From Calditrichia bacterium (lineage in GTDB: Bacteria; Calditrichota; Calditrichia; JAJRVZ01), in assembly GCA_963777955.1 (NCBI GenBank), contig CAVZSQ010000001.1, forward strand, positions 1-64,000: a stretch of 64,000 bases of DNA. Direction: 5' to 3'. This document shows, piece after piece, positions 41,568 to 53,683 of this stretch. Numbering within the stretch: the first letter of the stretch is position 1; each line of letters opens with the position of its first letter. Position numbers and translations under genes: made by a program. Under the pieces are notes generated by a model. That model was not told where the DNA came from and did not search any database. It worked only from the letters and a program-made list of their open reading frames with translations.

Positions 41568-44500
41568 ATGATCTTAGAAAAAATAATTGAACGATCCATA
41601 CGCAACAGATTAATTGTAATTCTGAGCGTGGTTTTTCTGATCGGCTGGGGTCTCTATTCCATGCTGAATATCCCGGTCGATGCCATCCCCGATTTGAGTG
41701 ATGTACAGGTGATCATTTATACGGAGTATGCCGGTCAATCACCGCGGATTATCGAAGACCAGGTAACCTACCCGTTGACCACAGCGATGGTATCTGTGCC
41801 GGCAGCGAAGGTGGTACGCGGATATTCGTTTTTCGGCTACTCGCTGGTCTATGTGATTTTTGAAGATGGAACGGATATCTACTGGGCGCGCAGCCGTGTC
41901 CTGGAGTATCTCAATTATGCCCAGAAACGGCTTCCGGAGAAAGTCATTCCCACACTGGGACCGGATGCCACCGGCGTGGGTTGGGTATTTGAATATACGC
42001 TCAGTTCAGATCAGCGATCATTGCAGGAATTGCGTTCCTATCAGGATTGGTATCTTAAATACGAATTAAGTTCAGTGGAGGGTGTGGCCGAGGTGGCCAG
42101 TATCGGTGGTTTCGTCAAAGAATACCAGGTGACCGTGGACCCGGTGCGCTTGCTGGCTTACCATCTGCCGTTGCATATGGTGGAAATGGCTATTATGAAT
42201 TCCAATAATGATGTCGGCGGGGAAGTGATCGAAATGGGTGAAATGGAGTTCATGGTCCGCGGGCTGGGCTATATAAAATCCCTGGATGATATCCGCAATA
42301 TCCCCGTCATGACTGATCCGGCAGGCGGGACACCGGTTTATGTCAGAGACATTGCCGATGTGACAATTGGTCCGCTGATGCGCCGGGGACTGGCTGAAAG
42401 CAACGGCGAGGGGGAAGTGGTCGGCGGTATCGTGGTGATGCGTTACGGACAAAATGCGCTTGAGGTGATCAAGAATGTGAAACAGAAACTCGAGGAACTC
42501 AAACAGGGGTTGCCGGCAGATGTAAATATTTCCGTTGCCTATGACCGCTCAGGCCTGATCGAACGGGCCATCGATACCTTGAAAGGTAAATTAATCGAAG
42601 AAATTATAATTGTGGCCATTGTCTGCATCATCTTTTTACTCCATGTACGAAGTGCTTTTGTGGCGATAATTACTTTGCCAACAGCTATCCTGATATCTTT
42701 TATAATAATGAAGTGGCAGGGTATCAACGCCAATATCATGTCACTGGGCGGAATTGCCATCGCCATCGGGGCTATGGTCGATGCAGCCATTATTATGATC
42801 GAGAATGCCCATAAACATATTGAATATGAACGCGAAAAACCTCCGGCCGAACAACGCGACCGCTGGCAGATCATTCTGGACTCATCCAAAGAGGTCGGAC
42901 CGGCCCTGTTTTATTCACTGCTGGTCATTACTGTCTCTTTTATTCCGGTATTCACCCTGGGTGCACAGGAAGGGAGATTGTTCCGTCCCCTGGCTTTTAC
43001 CAAAACCTATGCCATGGCCGCGGCGGCGGTTTTATCGATCACAATTGTTCCCATTCTGATGGGTTACTGGATCCGCGGCAGAATTCTGCCGGAAGAAAAA
43101 AATCCGGTCAATAAACTTTTGATCAGGATATATGGTCCACTGGTTGATCTTGTGCTTAAATATAATAAAACAGTTCTGATTATAGCAGCCGGCCTGATCC
43201 TGGTCACGCTGATTCCGCTCAGCCAAATCGGTTCTGAATTCATGCCGCCGCTGTACGAAGGGGACCTGCTGTATATGCCCACGACCATGCCGGGCATGTC
43301 GATTACCAAGGCCAGGGAACTGCTGCAGCAGACGGATAAGATCATCAGACAATTTCCGGAAGTGCATCATGTGTTCGGGAAAATCGGACGGGCAGAAACT
43401 GCTACTGATCCGGCCGGTCTGGATATGATCGAAACCACAATCATGCTGAAACCTGAAGATGAATGGCGGCCCGGAATGACCGTCCCGAAGTTGATTGATG
43501 AACTGGACCGGGCCATCCAGTTTCCGGGCCTGACCAATTCCTGGACCATGCCGATCAAGACACGCGTCGATATGCTCAGCACCGGTATTAAAACACCGGT
43601 GGGGATAAAAATATCCGGTCCTGATCTGAGTATGCTGGAAAAAATCGGCATCGAAATTGAATCTGTGTTACGCACCGTGCCCGGAACTTTAAGCGCTTTT
43701 GCCGAAAGATCGGTCGGGGGAAATTATCTGGATTTCGATATCGATCGCCTGGCTGCTGCGCGGTACGGTCTGACTATAGGTGACGTGCAGGATGTTATCC
43801 AGACTGCCATGGGCGGAATGAGTATTACCAGCACGGTGGAAGGACTGGAACGATATCCGGTAAATTTACGCTATAGCCGTGAACTCCGGGATAACCTGGA
43901 AGCCTTACGCCGGGTGCTGGTCCCGACACCCGCCGGCCAGCAGATACCCATCGGGCAACTGGCGACAATTACGACACGTAAAGGGCCGATGGTCATACGC
44001 AGCGAAGACAGCCGCCCCAATTCCTGGATCTTTATTGATATCAAGGATATCGATATAGGTAGTTATGTCCGGCAGGCGCAGAAAGTGGTTTCGGAAAAAA
44101 TCAAACTGCCAGCTGGTTATAATATCACCTGGAGTGGTGAATACGAATATATGCAGCGCGCCCGGCAGCGCCTGATGCTGATGATACCGTTGACGCTCTT
44201 TATAATTTTCGTGATCATTTATTTCAATACCCGCTCTATTACCAAGGTAGCCATTATCTTTTTAGCCGTGCCTTTTTCGCTGATCGGAACCTTCTGGTTT
44301 CTGTACATCCTGGGCTATAATCTCAGTATTGCAGTCTGGGTGGGGATCATCGCCCTGGCCGGACTGGATGCTGAAACAGGTGTGGTGATGTTGTTATACC
44401 TGGATCAGGCTTATGATCAGCAAAGGCAGAAAGGACTGCTGCGGAAACTCGGTGACCTGAAAGATGCGATTCATCACGGCGCGGTAAAAAGGGTCCGGCC

Positions 44501-44717
44501 TAAAATAATGACAGCGGCAGTGATTATTGCCGGGTTGTTGCCGATCATGTGGAGCCACGGCACCGGAGCAGATGTAATGAAACGGATTGCCGCACCGATG
44601 GTTGGCGGAATTGTAACTTCAGTACTTTTGGAACTGATGGTTTATCCGGTAATCTATTATCTTTGGAAAAAAAATTATCTGCAAAGGAATGATGAGGGAT
44701 TAAAAACAGGGAATTAA
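41568..44717 (+). CDS. cusA: CusA/SilA heavy-metal RND efflux pump
   Basis: DAIPDLSDVQVII, LGPDATGVGWV, GSEFMPPL.EG, KRVRPKIMT, VMKRIAAPMVGG. Confidence 0.95.
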   Translation: MILEKIIERSIRNRLIVILSVVFLIGWGLYSMLNIPVDAIPDLSDVQVIIYTEYAGQSPRIIEDQVTYPLTTAMVSVPAAKVVRGYSFFGYSLVYVIFEDGTDIYWARSRVLEYLNYAQKRLPEKVIPTLGPDATGVGWVFEYTLSSDQRSLQELRSYQDWYLKYELSSVEGVAEVASIGGFVKEYQVTVDPVRLLAYHLPLHMVEMAIMNSNNDVGGEVIEMGEMEFMVRGLGYIKSLDDIRNIPVMTDPAGGTPVYVRDIADVTIGPLMRRGLAESNGEGEVVGGIVVMRYGQNALEVIKNVKQKLEELKQGLPADVNISVAYDRSGLIERAIDTLKGKLIEEIIIVAIVCIIFLLHVRSAFVAIITLPTAILISFIIMKWQGINANIMSLGGIAIAIGAMVDAAIIMIENAHKHIEYEREKPPAEQRDRWQIILDSSKEVGPALFYSLLVITVSFIPVFTLGAQEGRLFRPLAFTKTYAMAAAAVLSITIVPILMGYWIRGRILPEEKNPVNKLLIRIYGPLVDLVLKYNKTVLIIAAGLILVTLIPLSQIGSEFMPPLYEGDLLYMPTTMPGMSITKARELLQQTDKIIRQFPEVHHVFGKIGRAETATDPAGLDMIETTIMLKPEDEWRPGMTVPKLIDELDRAIQFPGLTNSWTMPIKTRVDMLSTGIKTPVGIKISGPDLSMLEKIGIEIESVLRTVPGTLSAFAERSVGGNYLDFDIDRLAAARYGLTIGDVQDVIQTAMGGMSITSTVEGLERYPVNLRYSRELRDNLEALRRVLVPTPAGQQIPIGQLATITTRKGPMVIRSEDSRPNSWIFIDIKDIDIGSYVRQAQKVVSEKIKLPAGYNITWSGEYEYMQRARQRLMLMIPLTLFIIFVIIYFNTRSITKVAIIFLAVPFSLIGTFWFLYILGYNLSIAVWVGIIALAGLDAETGVVMLLYLDQAYDQQRQKGLLRKLGDLKDAIHHGAVKRVRPKIMTAAVIIAGLLPIMWSHGTGADVMKRIAAPMVGGIVTSVLLELMVYPVIYYLWKKNYLQRNDEGLKTGN

Positions 44718-44772
44718 ATATTATTTCAGGAGTTAAAGATTTAGTACATCTAACCAATAGGAGATAGATATT

Positions 44773-45345
44773 ATGAAGACATATATATTTATGATAGCGG
44801 CTTACCTGGTGCTGTTCAGCGCTGTCACAGTCAGGTCCCAACATATGCACCCCGCTACTGCAGAAAAAATGCAGGGGATGATGGGAAAACCCACCGGGGA
44901 ACAGGTAGTGGACGGCTTAAAAGTGCAGTTATGGGTGATACCCCAGGCAGAACATGAAAAAATGATGCAGGAGACCATGAAAGATTCTGCAAGCACCAAA
45001 GGTATGCACCATGGAATGACGGGTATGATGAATATGAAGCATGGTTCCGGCGGGTGCGGTGATTCTGCGATGGTCTCAAACCATAAAGCAACTATGATGA
45101 CAGGCACTCATCATCTCATGATTATGATCCTCGATGCTGACACTGGTCTGGAGGTCAATACTGCAGAGGTTAAACTTCATATTCTTACACCAACGCAAAA
45201 TCATTTATCCGCTGAATTGATAAAAATGAAAAATCATTATGGTGCAGGAATAAGTTTCAATGAGCAGGGCAAGTACATGTTACATGCACAAATTACCAAA
45301 GAGGGGAAAGAGTACCAGGCTGTCTTTACTTATGAGCAAAAATGA
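44773..45345 (+). CDS. Secreted Met/His-rich putative metal-binding protein
   Basis: Signal peptide; MHHGMTGMMNMKH, THHLMI, NHYG. Confidence 0.65.
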   Translation: MKTYIFMIAAYLVLFSAVTVRSQHMHPATAEKMQGMMGKPTGEQVVDGLKVQLWVIPQAEHEKMMQETMKDSASTKGMHHGMTGMMNMKHGSGGCGDSAMVSNHKATMMTGTHHLMIMILDADTGLEVNTAEVKLHILTPTQNHLSAELIKMKNHYGAGISFNEQGKYMLHAQITKEGKEYQAVFTYEQK

Positions 45346-45373
45346 TTAAAAAGAATACTAGAGGAGTTCTTAG

Positions 45374-45922
45374 ATGAAAAACTATATTTTTCTATCAATA
45401 CTTTATGTTTTCAGCACTGCCGTCATGTACACCTGTTCAAAGGATGCGAACACAATGTACGAGACCGATAAGCAACCTGCGCTTATTGTATCTCCCGCCG
45501 ACGGGAGTACCGGTGTGCAGTTGAATGCAACAGTAACCCTTTCGTTTGCCCGACCGGTTATGGAAGGGATTGTGGAAAACAATTTCCATCTGATCAGTGC
45601 CAGGGATATGGCCGACTCCATGTCCATGGGTCATCCCATGATGAGTCATAGTAATATGATGATGGCCATGTCGGACTCGGCGATCATGCACCACCTGGAC
45701 CGTTATCATTCGACCCATGGAGATTTTAGCTGGAATAGTGATAGTACACTCTGCACATTTTTTGCCGATTCCATGCTGGCCGGACATACACAGTACATGA
45801 TCCATCTTGGAGGTGAAATGGTCAAGATGATGAAAGAGCATATGGGCGATATGGGCACAATGCACGGGATGGGAACAGGCCAGCTGAGCGACAATATCAT
45901 GCTGCACTTTACAACCTATTGA
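45374..45922 (+). CDS. Met/His-rich lipoprotein with Ig-like (Big_5-type) domain
   Basis: MYTC lipobox; VSPADGSTGV..TLSFARPV; MGHPMMSHSNMMMAM inserts. Confidence 0.62.
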   Translation: MKNYIFLSILYVFSTAVMYTCSKDANTMYETDKQPALIVSPADGSTGVQLNATVTLSFARPVMEGIVENNFHLISARDMADSMSMGHPMMSHSNMMMAMSDSAIMHHLDRYHSTHGDFSWNSDSTLCTFFADSMLAGHTQYMIHLGGEMVKMMKEHMGDMGTMHGMGTGQLSDNIMLHFTTY

Positions 45923-45940
45923 TCAGGCAGGAAAAGTATT

Positions 45941-45969
45941 TTGAATTTAAATCCTTTCATACTTAAATT
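45941..45969 (+). promoter_or_regulatory. Putative sigma70 promoter of the nuo operon
   Basis: TTGAAT-17bp-TAAATT. Confidence 0.35.
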
Positions 45970-46020
45970 GGAAATAGGAATTTTTGATACGACTACAAAA
46001 CTTCGTCGGGAAAACGGAAT

Positions 46021-46458
46021 ATGAACGGTCCATTAGATCATTCCAACTTAATCTGGCCGTTATTGGTTTATACCGTGCTGGTTCTGCTGCTCGTTCTGGG
46101 AGTGATGCTGGGGGTTGCCTACCTGCTGGGACAACGGCACAAAGACCGGGCCACCGGTGAAACCTTTGAATCCGGAATTGTCGGTACCGGTTCAGCGCAG
46201 CTCCGCTTCTCTGCTCACTTCTACCTAATAGCCATGTTTTTTGTAATCTTTGATCTGGAAGCTGTATTCATTGTTGCCTGGGCTATTGCTTTTAAAGAAC
46301 TCGGCTGGATGGGTTACACGGCAGTTTCGGTTTTTATCGGCATTTTGCTTGTGGTGCTGATCTATGAGTGGCGGATCGGTGCGCTGGATTTCGGGCTGAG
46401 CGGTAAAAAACTGTTAAAAAAATATCAGATCTTGAATAAAAGTCTGGATGAGTTATAA
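46021..46458 (+). CDS. nuoA: NADH-quinone oxidoreductase subunit A
   Basis: FESG, FYLIAMFFVIFDLE, YEWRIGALDF. Confidence 0.95.
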   Translation: MNGPLDHSNLIWPLLVYTVLVLLLVLGVMLGVAYLLGQRHKDRATGETFESGIVGTGSAQLRFSAHFYLIAMFFVIFDLEAVFIVAWAIAFKELGWMGYTAVSVFIGILLVVLIYEWRIGALDFGLSGKKLLKKYQILNKSLDEL

Positions 46459-46481
46459 ACTAAAACTTTGATATCTCAATT

Positions 46482-47081
46482 ATGATTCAGGTACAACCTT
46501 CCCTGGAAGAAACAGTCAGGCAGAGTATTGTCCTGAGCCGTCTGCAGGATTTGCTGGCCTGGGGACGGAAAAATTCCATGTGGCCGTTCAATTTCGGTTT
46601 GTCCTGCTGCTATGTGGAAATGGCCACCAGTCTGACTCCCCGTTATGATATCGCCCGGTTCGGGGCCGAAGTCATCCGCGGAACACCACGGGAAGCGGAT
46701 GTCATGATCATTGCCGGAACCGTATTTATGAAAATGGCGCCGATCATCAAAAGACTTTATGAACAGATGATGGAACCGCGCTGGATAATTTCCATGGGTT
46801 CCTGCGCCAACTCCGGCGGTATGTATGATATTTACAGTGTGGTGCAGGGGGTGGACAAGTTCATGCCGGTGGATGTGTATGTGCCGGGTTGCCCGCCGCG
46901 CCCCGATGCTTTTATGGAAGGTTTGATGATGCTGCGCGATGCAGTGGGCAAAGAAAAACGTCCCCTGAGTTGGATTGTGGGCAATCAGCAAACCATTAAA
47001 CCGGCAAAAACAAGTATGCGCGACCTGAAGCAGGATCAAAGAAAAAAATGGGGCACATTTAAATCGGCAGATGAGATCTAA
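46482..47081 (+). CDS. nuoB: NADH-quinone oxidoreductase subunit B
   Basis: [30 protein letters not shown]. Confidence 0.96.
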   Translation: MIQVQPSLEETVRQSIVLSRLQDLLAWGRKNSMWPFNFGLSCCYVEMATSLTPRYDIARFGAEVIRGTPREADVMIIAGTVFMKMAPIIKRLYEQMMEPRWIISMGSCANSGGMYDIYSVVQGVDKFMPVDVYVPGCPPRPDAFMEGLMMLRDAVGKEKRPLSWIVGNQQTIKPAKTSMRDLKQDQRKKWGTFKSADEI

Positions 47082-47119
47082 CCGGTAGGTAAACATTGTA
47101 GCATGAATAATCAGGATTT

Positions 47120-48868
47120 ATGCCAGATAATCCAACGATTGTTACAGAACTGCGGACAAAATTCGGTGACGCGGCAATCACTATTCAATCTACCTGTGAT
47201 CTTATTCCTACTGTCTGGATTGAAAAAAAACAGATCAATCCTGTATTAAAATATCTTAAAACAGAAATCAGCAGTCCGTACCGCATGCTGTACGACCTGA
47301 CGGCTATCGATGAACAACTGCGCGGGAAAAGGGCTGGACAACCAGCCAGTGACTTTACCGTGGTTTATCACCTGCTGTCGCTGCAGCGCAATGAGGATGT
47401 GCGGATTAAGGTTGCTTTATCCAAAGATGAACCGTTGCTGCCCAGCATTACCGGTATCTGGCCAAGCGCCAACTGGTATGAACGCGAAGTTTTTGATATG
47501 TTCGGGATAAAATTTAATGGGCATCCGAATCTGCGCCGTATTTTAATGCCGCCAACCTGGCAGGGCTATCCGCTGCGTAAAGAACATTATGCCCGGGCTA
47601 CAGAGGCAGGGCCGTTCGAATTGACCGATCAGAAACAGGATACCGAACAGGAAGCCCTGCAATTCAAACCGGAAGAATGGGGCATGCAGCGGCAGAGTGA
47701 AGATTCCGATTTCATGTTCTTAAATCTGGGTCCGCAGCATCCCGGTACTCATGGTGTACTGCGTCTGGTCCTGCAACTGGATGGAGAAGAGATAGTCGAT
47801 ATCGCACCGGATATCGGATATCATCACCGTGGCGCCGAAAAGATGAGTGAGCGGCAGACCTGGCATACTTATATCCCGTACACCGACCGGATTGATTATC
47901 TGGGCGGGGTCATGAATAATCTGCCCTATCTGCTGGCGGTAGAAAAATTAGCCGGCATCAAAGTCCCGGAACGCGCACAGGTAATCCGCATCATGCTCTG
48001 CGAACTCTTCCGCCTTTCCAGTCATCTGGTCTGGTACGGAACCTTCGCTCAGGATATCGGGCAGCTTTCGCCCGTATTTTACATGTTTTACGACCGCGAA
48101 CGCATCCTGGATATTGTCGCTGCCATTTGCGGCGACCGCATGCACCCGAACTGGTTCCGTATCGGCGGAGTAGTGCAGGACCTGCCCATGGGCTGGGAAA
48201 CAATGGTACGCGATTTTGTAAAATATTTTCCCAAACGGATCAGGGAATATGATAAACTGACCATGAATAACCGTATCCTGAAAGCACGAACCGTGGGGAT
48301 CGGCTGTTATACCCTGGCCGAGGCGATCGATTGGGGAGTGACCGGTCCTGGTCTGCGCGCTACAGGTCTGGAGTGGGATTTTCGTAAAAAGCGGCCCTAT
48401 TCAGGGTACGATCAGTTTCAATTTGAAATTCCAACAGGTAAAAACGGGGATTGTTATGACCGGGCCCGGGTGAGAGTGGAGGAAATGCGGCAGAGTGTAC
48501 GCATTATTGAACAGTGTCTGGAAAACATGCCTGCCGGAGCGTACAAATCGGATCATCCGCTGGCCACACCACCGTTGAAAGAAAAAACGATGCACGATAT
48601 TGAAACCCTGATTACACACTTTCTGGGAGTCACCTGGGGACCGGTGCTGCCGGAAGGTGAAGCCTTTTGTGCGGTGGAAGCCTCCAAAGGCAACAATGGT
48701 TATTATGTGGTCAGCGACGGCGATATTCATGCTTACCGTACCAGGATCCGGACACCATCTTTTCCTCATATCCAGATGGTACCTTACATCAGCCGGGGGC
48801 ACACAGTCGCCGATCTGCTGGCAATTCTGGGGAGTATTGATTATGTATTGGCGGATTTGGATAGGTAA
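47120..48868 (+). CDS. nuoCD: Fused NADH-quinone oxidoreductase subunit C/D
   Basis: [19 protein letters not shown] then [25 protein letters not shown]. Confidence 0.96.
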   Translation: MPDNPTIVTELRTKFGDAAITIQSTCDLIPTVWIEKKQINPVLKYLKTEISSPYRMLYDLTAIDEQLRGKRAGQPASDFTVVYHLLSLQRNEDVRIKVALSKDEPLLPSITGIWPSANWYEREVFDMFGIKFNGHPNLRRILMPPTWQGYPLRKEHYARATEAGPFELTDQKQDTEQEALQFKPEEWGMQRQSEDSDFMFLNLGPQHPGTHGVLRLVLQLDGEEIVDIAPDIGYHHRGAEKMSERQTWHTYIPYTDRIDYLGGVMNNLPYLLAVEKLAGIKVPERAQVIRIMLCELFRLSSHLVWYGTFAQDIGQLSPVFYMFYDRERILDIVAAICGDRMHPNWFRIGGVVQDLPMGWETMVRDFVKYFPKRIREYDKLTMNNRILKARTVGIGCYTLAEAIDWGVTGPGLRATGLEWDFRKKRPYSGYDQFQFEIPTGKNGDCYDRARVRVEEMRQSVRIIEQCLENMPAGAYKSDHPLATPPLKEKTMHDIETLITHFLGVTWGPVLPEGEAFCAVEASKGNNGYYVVSDGDIHAYRTRIRTPSFPHIQMVPYISRGHTVADLLAILGSIDYVLADLDR

Positions 48869-48870
48869 AA

Positions 48871-49183
48871 AGGCACATAGGCACTATGGCACTGGGGCAA
48901 TTAATGGCCCTCGACTTGCTCGGGGACCTTCGACCGGTCGTCGAGCGAAGTCGAGACGACCCCACTGATGGGTCATCCCGGGCTTGTCGAAGATCTGGCG
49001 CCAGACAGAACCCTGGATCTGTTTTGAGAAAGAATAATGGAAATTTCCCCTCTGGAGAGGGGTGGATTCCCGCCGCAGGCGGGAAGACGGGGTGTGTGGA
49101 ATAAGGGGTTGGATAAAGGTTAAAGGATAAATTATAAAATGTGTCGGGCTTTTCTTTACCCATTAACCATTGCCCATTAACCT
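48871..49183. repeat. Mosaic of short tandem repeats and palindromes inside the nuo operon
   Basis: GGCAC octamer run, CTCGACTTGCTCG/CGAGCGAAGTCGAG, CCCCTCT-gg-AGAGGGG, TTCCCGCC-gca-GGCGGGAA, GGWTAAA and CCATTAA heptamers. Confidence 0.65.
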
Positions 49184-49209
49184 GATTTTCAACAAATAGA
49201 ATTTTGAAT

Positions 49210-49675
49210 ATGCTGACGGAAATAGAAAAACAGGAAATCGAAGCAGGAAGTCAGGCAATTTCCTCACCGCCCGGCAGTCTGCATTGAAGCACTTAAGGTA
49301 GTGCAAAAGCACCGTCGCTGGGTGTCAGATGAGAACATCCGGGACATTGCTGCATTTTTAATCATGTCACCAGAAGAAGTGGAAAACGTGGCTACCTTTT
49401 ATAATCTGGTTTTTCGTAAACCGGTCGGACGCCATGTCATTCTGGTTTGCGACAGCATCAGTTGCTGGATCATGGGTTATGAGAATATTGTGTCTAACCT
49501 GAATAAAAAACTGGGTATCGGGTTGGGTGAAACCACTACCGACGACCGTTTTACTTTACTGACCGTACCCTGTCTGGGAACATGTGATCATGCCCCGGCT
49601 CTGATGATCGACGATGACCTGTACCGGGATCTGAGTGCCGATAAGTTGGATGAGATTATACAAAAATATAAATAG
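49210..49675 (+). CDS. nuoE: NADH-quinone oxidoreductase subunit E (+1 frameshift near 49242)
   Basis: MLTEIEKQEIE joins QFPHRPAVCIEALKVVQKH; VATFY, CDSISC, CLGTCD. Confidence 0.92.
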
Positions 49676-49707
49676 TAATTAGTAATTGGTAATTGATAAT
49701 TGATAAA
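49673..49707 (+). repeat. TRGTAAT heptamer tandem repeat between nuoE and nuoF
   Basis: tagtaat tagtaat tggtaat tgataat tgataaa. Confidence 0.65.
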
Positions 49708-49708
49708 A

Positions 49709-50983
49709 ATGGAAAGACCATTAACTCAACATATCCGTCCCGGCGCTGCCCCGCTGAGTTTAAAGGAATATGAAAAAACCGGTGGTTATCAGGCTTTCCG
49801 CAAGGTAATTAAAGAAATGAAACCGGCCGATGTTATCCAGCTGGTCAAGGATGCCAACCTGACCGGCCGCGGCGGAGCTGGTTTTCCAACCGGACTTAAA
49901 TGGAGTTTCGTGCCGGCTGGTCCTGAAGCTCCCCGGCCGAAATACCTGGTGGCCAACGGCGATGAAATGGAACCGGGTACCTTTAAAGATCGTTTGCTGC
50001 TGGAAGGCGATCCGCATCAGTTGCTGGAAGGGATGATGATCAGCGCATATGCCATCCAGGCTGATATCGCTTATGTATTTTTGCGTGCTGAATATAAACT
50101 GGCCGCGAAAATTATAAACCAGGCTCTGGCCGAACTTCATGAAGCAAATTACCTGGGGGAAAGAATTCTGGGCAGTGACTTCAATCTGGAAATGCATTTG
50201 CATACCAGCGTCGGCCGCTATATGTGCGGAGAAGAAACCGGTTTGCTGAATTCACTGGAGGGCAAACGCGCTACTCCCAGAGCCAAGCCTCCTTTCCCGC
50301 AGATCAGCGGACTTTTTGGTAAACCAACCATCGTCAATAATATTGAAACGCTCTGTTGCGTGCCGCATATCGTTAATCAGGGTACAACCTGGTTTAAAAG
50401 TTTAAGTCTTACTCCCGAAGGGGGTACAAAATTATACGGCGTCAGCGGGCGCGTAAAGAATCCGGGAGTGTGGGAACTGCCGATGGGTACCACCATGCGT
50501 GAAATTCTGCAGGAATATGCCGGGGGAATGCAGGAAGGGTATAAATTCCGCGGGGCCTTACCCGGCGGTGCTTCAACCGATTTTCTGGTGGAAGAACATC
50601 TGGATATCCCGATGGACTTCGATGCAGTCAGCAAGGCCGGCAGCCGGTTGGGGACAGGCACTATGATCGTTCTGGACGATCGCACCTGTCCGGTGGGTTT
50701 TGTACATAATCTGGAACATTTCTTTGCCCAGGAATCCTGCGGCTGGTGTACTCCCTGCCGGGAAGGTTTGCCCTGGGTGGAAAAGATATTGGGGGCCATT
50801 GAACAAGGGGCAGGACAACCTGGCGATCTGGATTTACTGACGGCTCATTGTAAATGGCTGGGACCGGGTAACACCTTTTGTGCACTGGCACCGGGTGCTA
50901 TGGAACCTTTGCAAAGTGCCCTGAAATATTTCCGCAGCGACTTTGAACGCCACTTCACCGAAAAAAGGTGTCCGTGGAGGTAA
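49709..50983 (+). CDS. nuoF: NADH-quinone oxidoreductase subunit F
   Basis: GRGGAGFPTG, NGDEMEPGT, CGEET, ESCGWCTPCREG, TFCALA. Confidence 0.96.
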   Translation: MERPLTQHIRPGAAPLSLKEYEKTGGYQAFRKVIKEMKPADVIQLVKDANLTGRGGAGFPTGLKWSFVPAGPEAPRPKYLVANGDEMEPGTFKDRLLLEGDPHQLLEGMMISAYAIQADIAYVFLRAEYKLAAKIINQALAELHEANYLGERILGSDFNLEMHLHTSVGRYMCGEETGLLNSLEGKRATPRAKPPFPQISGLFGKPTIVNNIETLCCVPHIVNQGTTWFKSLSLTPEGGTKLYGVSGRVKNPGVWELPMGTTMREILQEYAGGMQEGYKFRGALPGGASTDFLVEEHLDIPMDFDAVSKAGSRLGTGTMIVLDDRTCPVGFVHNLEHFFAQESCGWCTPCREGLPWVEKILGAIEQGAGQPGDLDLLTAHCKWLGPGNTFCALAPGAMEPLQSALKYFRSDFERHFTEKRCPWR

Positions 50984-50986
50984 GGA

Positions 50987-53683
50987 ATGCCCAAAATCTA
51001 TATAGAAAATAAAGAATATACCGTTGAATCCAAATATAAAAACCTGCTGGAGGTATGTCTATCCCTTGGTTTTGATCTGCCTTATTTCTGCTGGCATCCG
51101 GTACTGGGTTCGGTGGGTGCCTGCCGGCAATGTGCCGTGAAAAAATTTCAGAATGAACAGGATAGCAGGGGGCGGATTGTGATGGCCTGCATGGAACCGG
51201 TGGTGGACGGTCTGCGCATCTCCATTCAGGATCCTGAAGCCAGAGAATTCCGGGCGATGGTTATCGAATGGTTGATGACCAATCATCCCCACGATTGTCC
51301 GGTGTGCGATGAAGGGGGAGAATGTCATCTGCAGGATATGACGGTGATGACCGGGCATAATTACCGCCGCTACAATTTTAACAAGCGGACCCATAAGAAT
51401 CAGTACCTGGGTCCTTTGATCAATCATGAAATGAACCGGTGTATCGCCTGTTATCGCTGCGTGCGCTATTACCGCGATTATGCCGGCGGCCAGGATCTGA
51501 ATGTTTTTTCTTCACGCAACCGGGTCTACTTCGGCCGGCAGCAGGACGGCATCCTGGAAAGCGAATTCAGCGGCAATCTGGTTGAAGTATGTCCCACCGG
51601 GGTCTTCACCGATAAAACGTTTAAACAGCATTATTCCCGTAAATGGGATCTGCAGACTGCACCTTCGATTTGTGTGCACTGTTCGCTGGGGTGTAATATT
51701 ATTGCCGGGGAAAGATATGGAACCCTGCGCCGGGTGTTGAACAGATATAATGGGGAAATTAATGGCTATTTTATTTGTGATCGCGGACGGTTTGGTTATG
51801 AGTTTGTCAATAGTACCTCCAGAATCAGGAAGGCATCCCGGAAAAGTAATGGAAAGTTTGAACCGGTGTCCAAAAAAGAAATCCTGGATAGTCTGCAACA
51901 GCTATTTAATTCCGGTAAAAAAATAATCGGCATTGGATCTCCCCGGGCCTCGCTAGAGTCCAACTTCGCCCTGCGGACCCTGGTTGGACCCAAGAATTTT
52001 TATCAGGGTTTTTCAGACAGAGAATTTAAGGTGGTACATACTGGTTTGAAAATTCTCAGTCAGGGAACCTATAAACTGCCCTCATTGCGGGAGTGTGAAA
52101 AAGCTGATGCCGTATTAATCCTGGGTGAAGATATCACCAATACCGCTCCGATGCTGGCTCTGGCCGTGCGCCAGGCAGTGAGACAGCAACCGCTGCAGAC
52201 GGTACAAAAGATGAATATTCCCCTGTGGCATGATGCGGCAGCCAGGGAATTGATCCAGGATCAGCACGGACCGCTTTTTGTGGCGACTCCAGCTCAGACC
52301 AAACTGGACGAAATTGCCACAGCCAGCTGCCGCGCCACACCATTGAATATTGCCCGGTTGGGATTCGCCGTTGCTCACCTGATTGATCACCAGGCACCAG
52401 CCCCTGCCGCAGATCTTTCCGCCGCTGAACGGACTCTGGCCGAAGAGATTGCCCGGTACCTGAGTGCTGCCAGCAATCCATTGGTTATTGCCGGCAGCAG
52501 TACAGGCGAAGAAAGTATCCTGCAATCTGCAGCAAATATTGCTGCGGCATTATCATCGGAAAAGAGAAAGGCCGGTCTGTTTTTAACCTTTGCCGAAAGC
52601 AACAGCATTGGCATGGGATTGCTGGGCGGTAAAGCACTCGCGGCAGCAGTCGAGGCAGAAGCGGAGACGGTGATTATCCTGGAGAATGATCTGTACCGCC
52701 GCGGCGAAGAGCAGCAGATAGATAAAATACTTGCTACTGCCAGGCAGATCATCGTACTGGATCAACTGGAAACAGTGACTACAAAAAAAGCAACGATCCT
52801 GTTGCCGGCAGCGACCTTTGCCGAGGCTTCCGGCACGCTGGTCAATAATGAAGGACGGGCACAACGTTTCTACAAAGTATATACACCTGCAGACGATATC
52901 CAGGAGAGCTGGCGCTGGTTAAGTGATATTATGCTGGAAACCGGAAAGAATGGGGTCGCTGGCTGGAAGAATCTGGATGGTCTGTTGACAGAACTGGCCA
53001 AGACATTACCGGAATTTGAACAGTTGCTAAAACTTGCGCCGGATGCAGACGGGGAAAAAATTCCACGGCAGTCTCACCGTTACAGCGGCCGCACCGCCAT
53101 GAATGCCGGGATTAATGTCAGCGAACCGAAACCACCGCTCGATCCCGACTCGCCATTCGCATTCTCAATGGAAGGATTTCAGGGCCGCCGCAGTCCTGCG
53201 GCGGGCACAATCCAGTTGTTCTGGTCGCCCGGTTGGAACTCGGTCCAGTCAGTCAATAAATTTCAGACGGAGGTGGGTGGAGCGCTTCGTGGTGGTGATC
53301 CGGGAATTACACTGGTTCAATCTGAGACGAATAAAACGGTCTATCATAAAGATTTGCCTGTGGACTACAAATTACGCCATGGAGAGTGGCTGGTGGTACC
53401 GGTGTACCATATTTTCGGCTCTGAAGAACTGAGTGCCAGATCCGAAAATATCGCTCAACTGGTTCCGCAACCCTATGCCTTAATTAACTCTCAGCAAGGG
53501 ACGCAATTAAACTTGAAGGAAAATGACAAGATATTGTTACAGATTAATTCCCTGCACCTGGAACTGAATGTCCGTTTCAGCGATACGTTAACTGCCGGTA
53601 CTATTGGTTATCCGCTTGGTTTGAAAGATCTGCCTTATCTGGATCTTCCGGCTGCGGGAACAATAGAAGGGATCAGAGCATGA
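50987..53683 (+). CDS. nuoG: NADH-quinone oxidoreductase subunit G (long form)
   Basis: [42 protein letters not shown]. Confidence 0.96.
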   Translation: MPKIYIENKEYTVESKYKNLLEVCLSLGFDLPYFCWHPVLGSVGACRQCAVKKFQNEQDSRGRIVMACMEPVVDGLRISIQDPEAREFRAMVIEWLMTNHPHDCPVCDEGGECHLQDMTVMTGHNYRRYNFNKRTHKNQYLGPLINHEMNRCIACYRCVRYYRDYAGGQDLNVFSSRNRVYFGRQQDGILESEFSGNLVEVCPTGVFTDKTFKQHYSRKWDLQTAPSICVHCSLGCNIIAGERYGTLRRVLNRYNGEINGYFICDRGRFGYEFVNSTSRIRKASRKSNGKFEPVSKKEILDSLQQLFNSGKKIIGIGSPRASLESNFALRTLVGPKNFYQGFSDREFKVVHTGLKILSQGTYKLPSLRECEKADAVLILGEDITNTAPMLALAVRQAVRQQPLQTVQKMNIPLWHDAAARELIQDQHGPLFVATPAQTKLDEIATASCRATPLNIARLGFAVAHLIDHQAPAPAADLSAAERTLAEEIARYLSAASNPLVIAGSSTGEESILQSAANIAAALSSEKRKAGLFLTFAESNSIGMGLLGGKALAAAVEAEAETVIILENDLYRRGEEQQIDKILATARQIIVLDQLETVTTKKATILLPAATFAEASGTLVNNEGRAQRFYKVYTPADDIQESWRWLSDIMLETGKNGVAGWKNLDGLLTELAKTLPEFEQLLKLAPDADGEKIPRQSHRYSGRTAMNAGINVSEPKPPLDPDSPFAFSMEGFQGRRSPAAGTIQLFWSPGWNSVQSVNKFQTEVGGALRGGDPGITLVQSETNKTVYHKDLPVDYKLRHGEWLVVPVYHIFGSEELSARSENIAQLVPQPYALINSQQGTQLNLKENDKILLQINSLHLELNVRFSDTLTAGTIGYPLGLKDLPYLDLPAAGTIEGIRA

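Noticed and set aside
48789..49163. Small ORFs (48886+, 48789-) in the nuoCD-nuoE gap
   Set aside because: They read through palindromic repeats, with no RBS or recognisable domain
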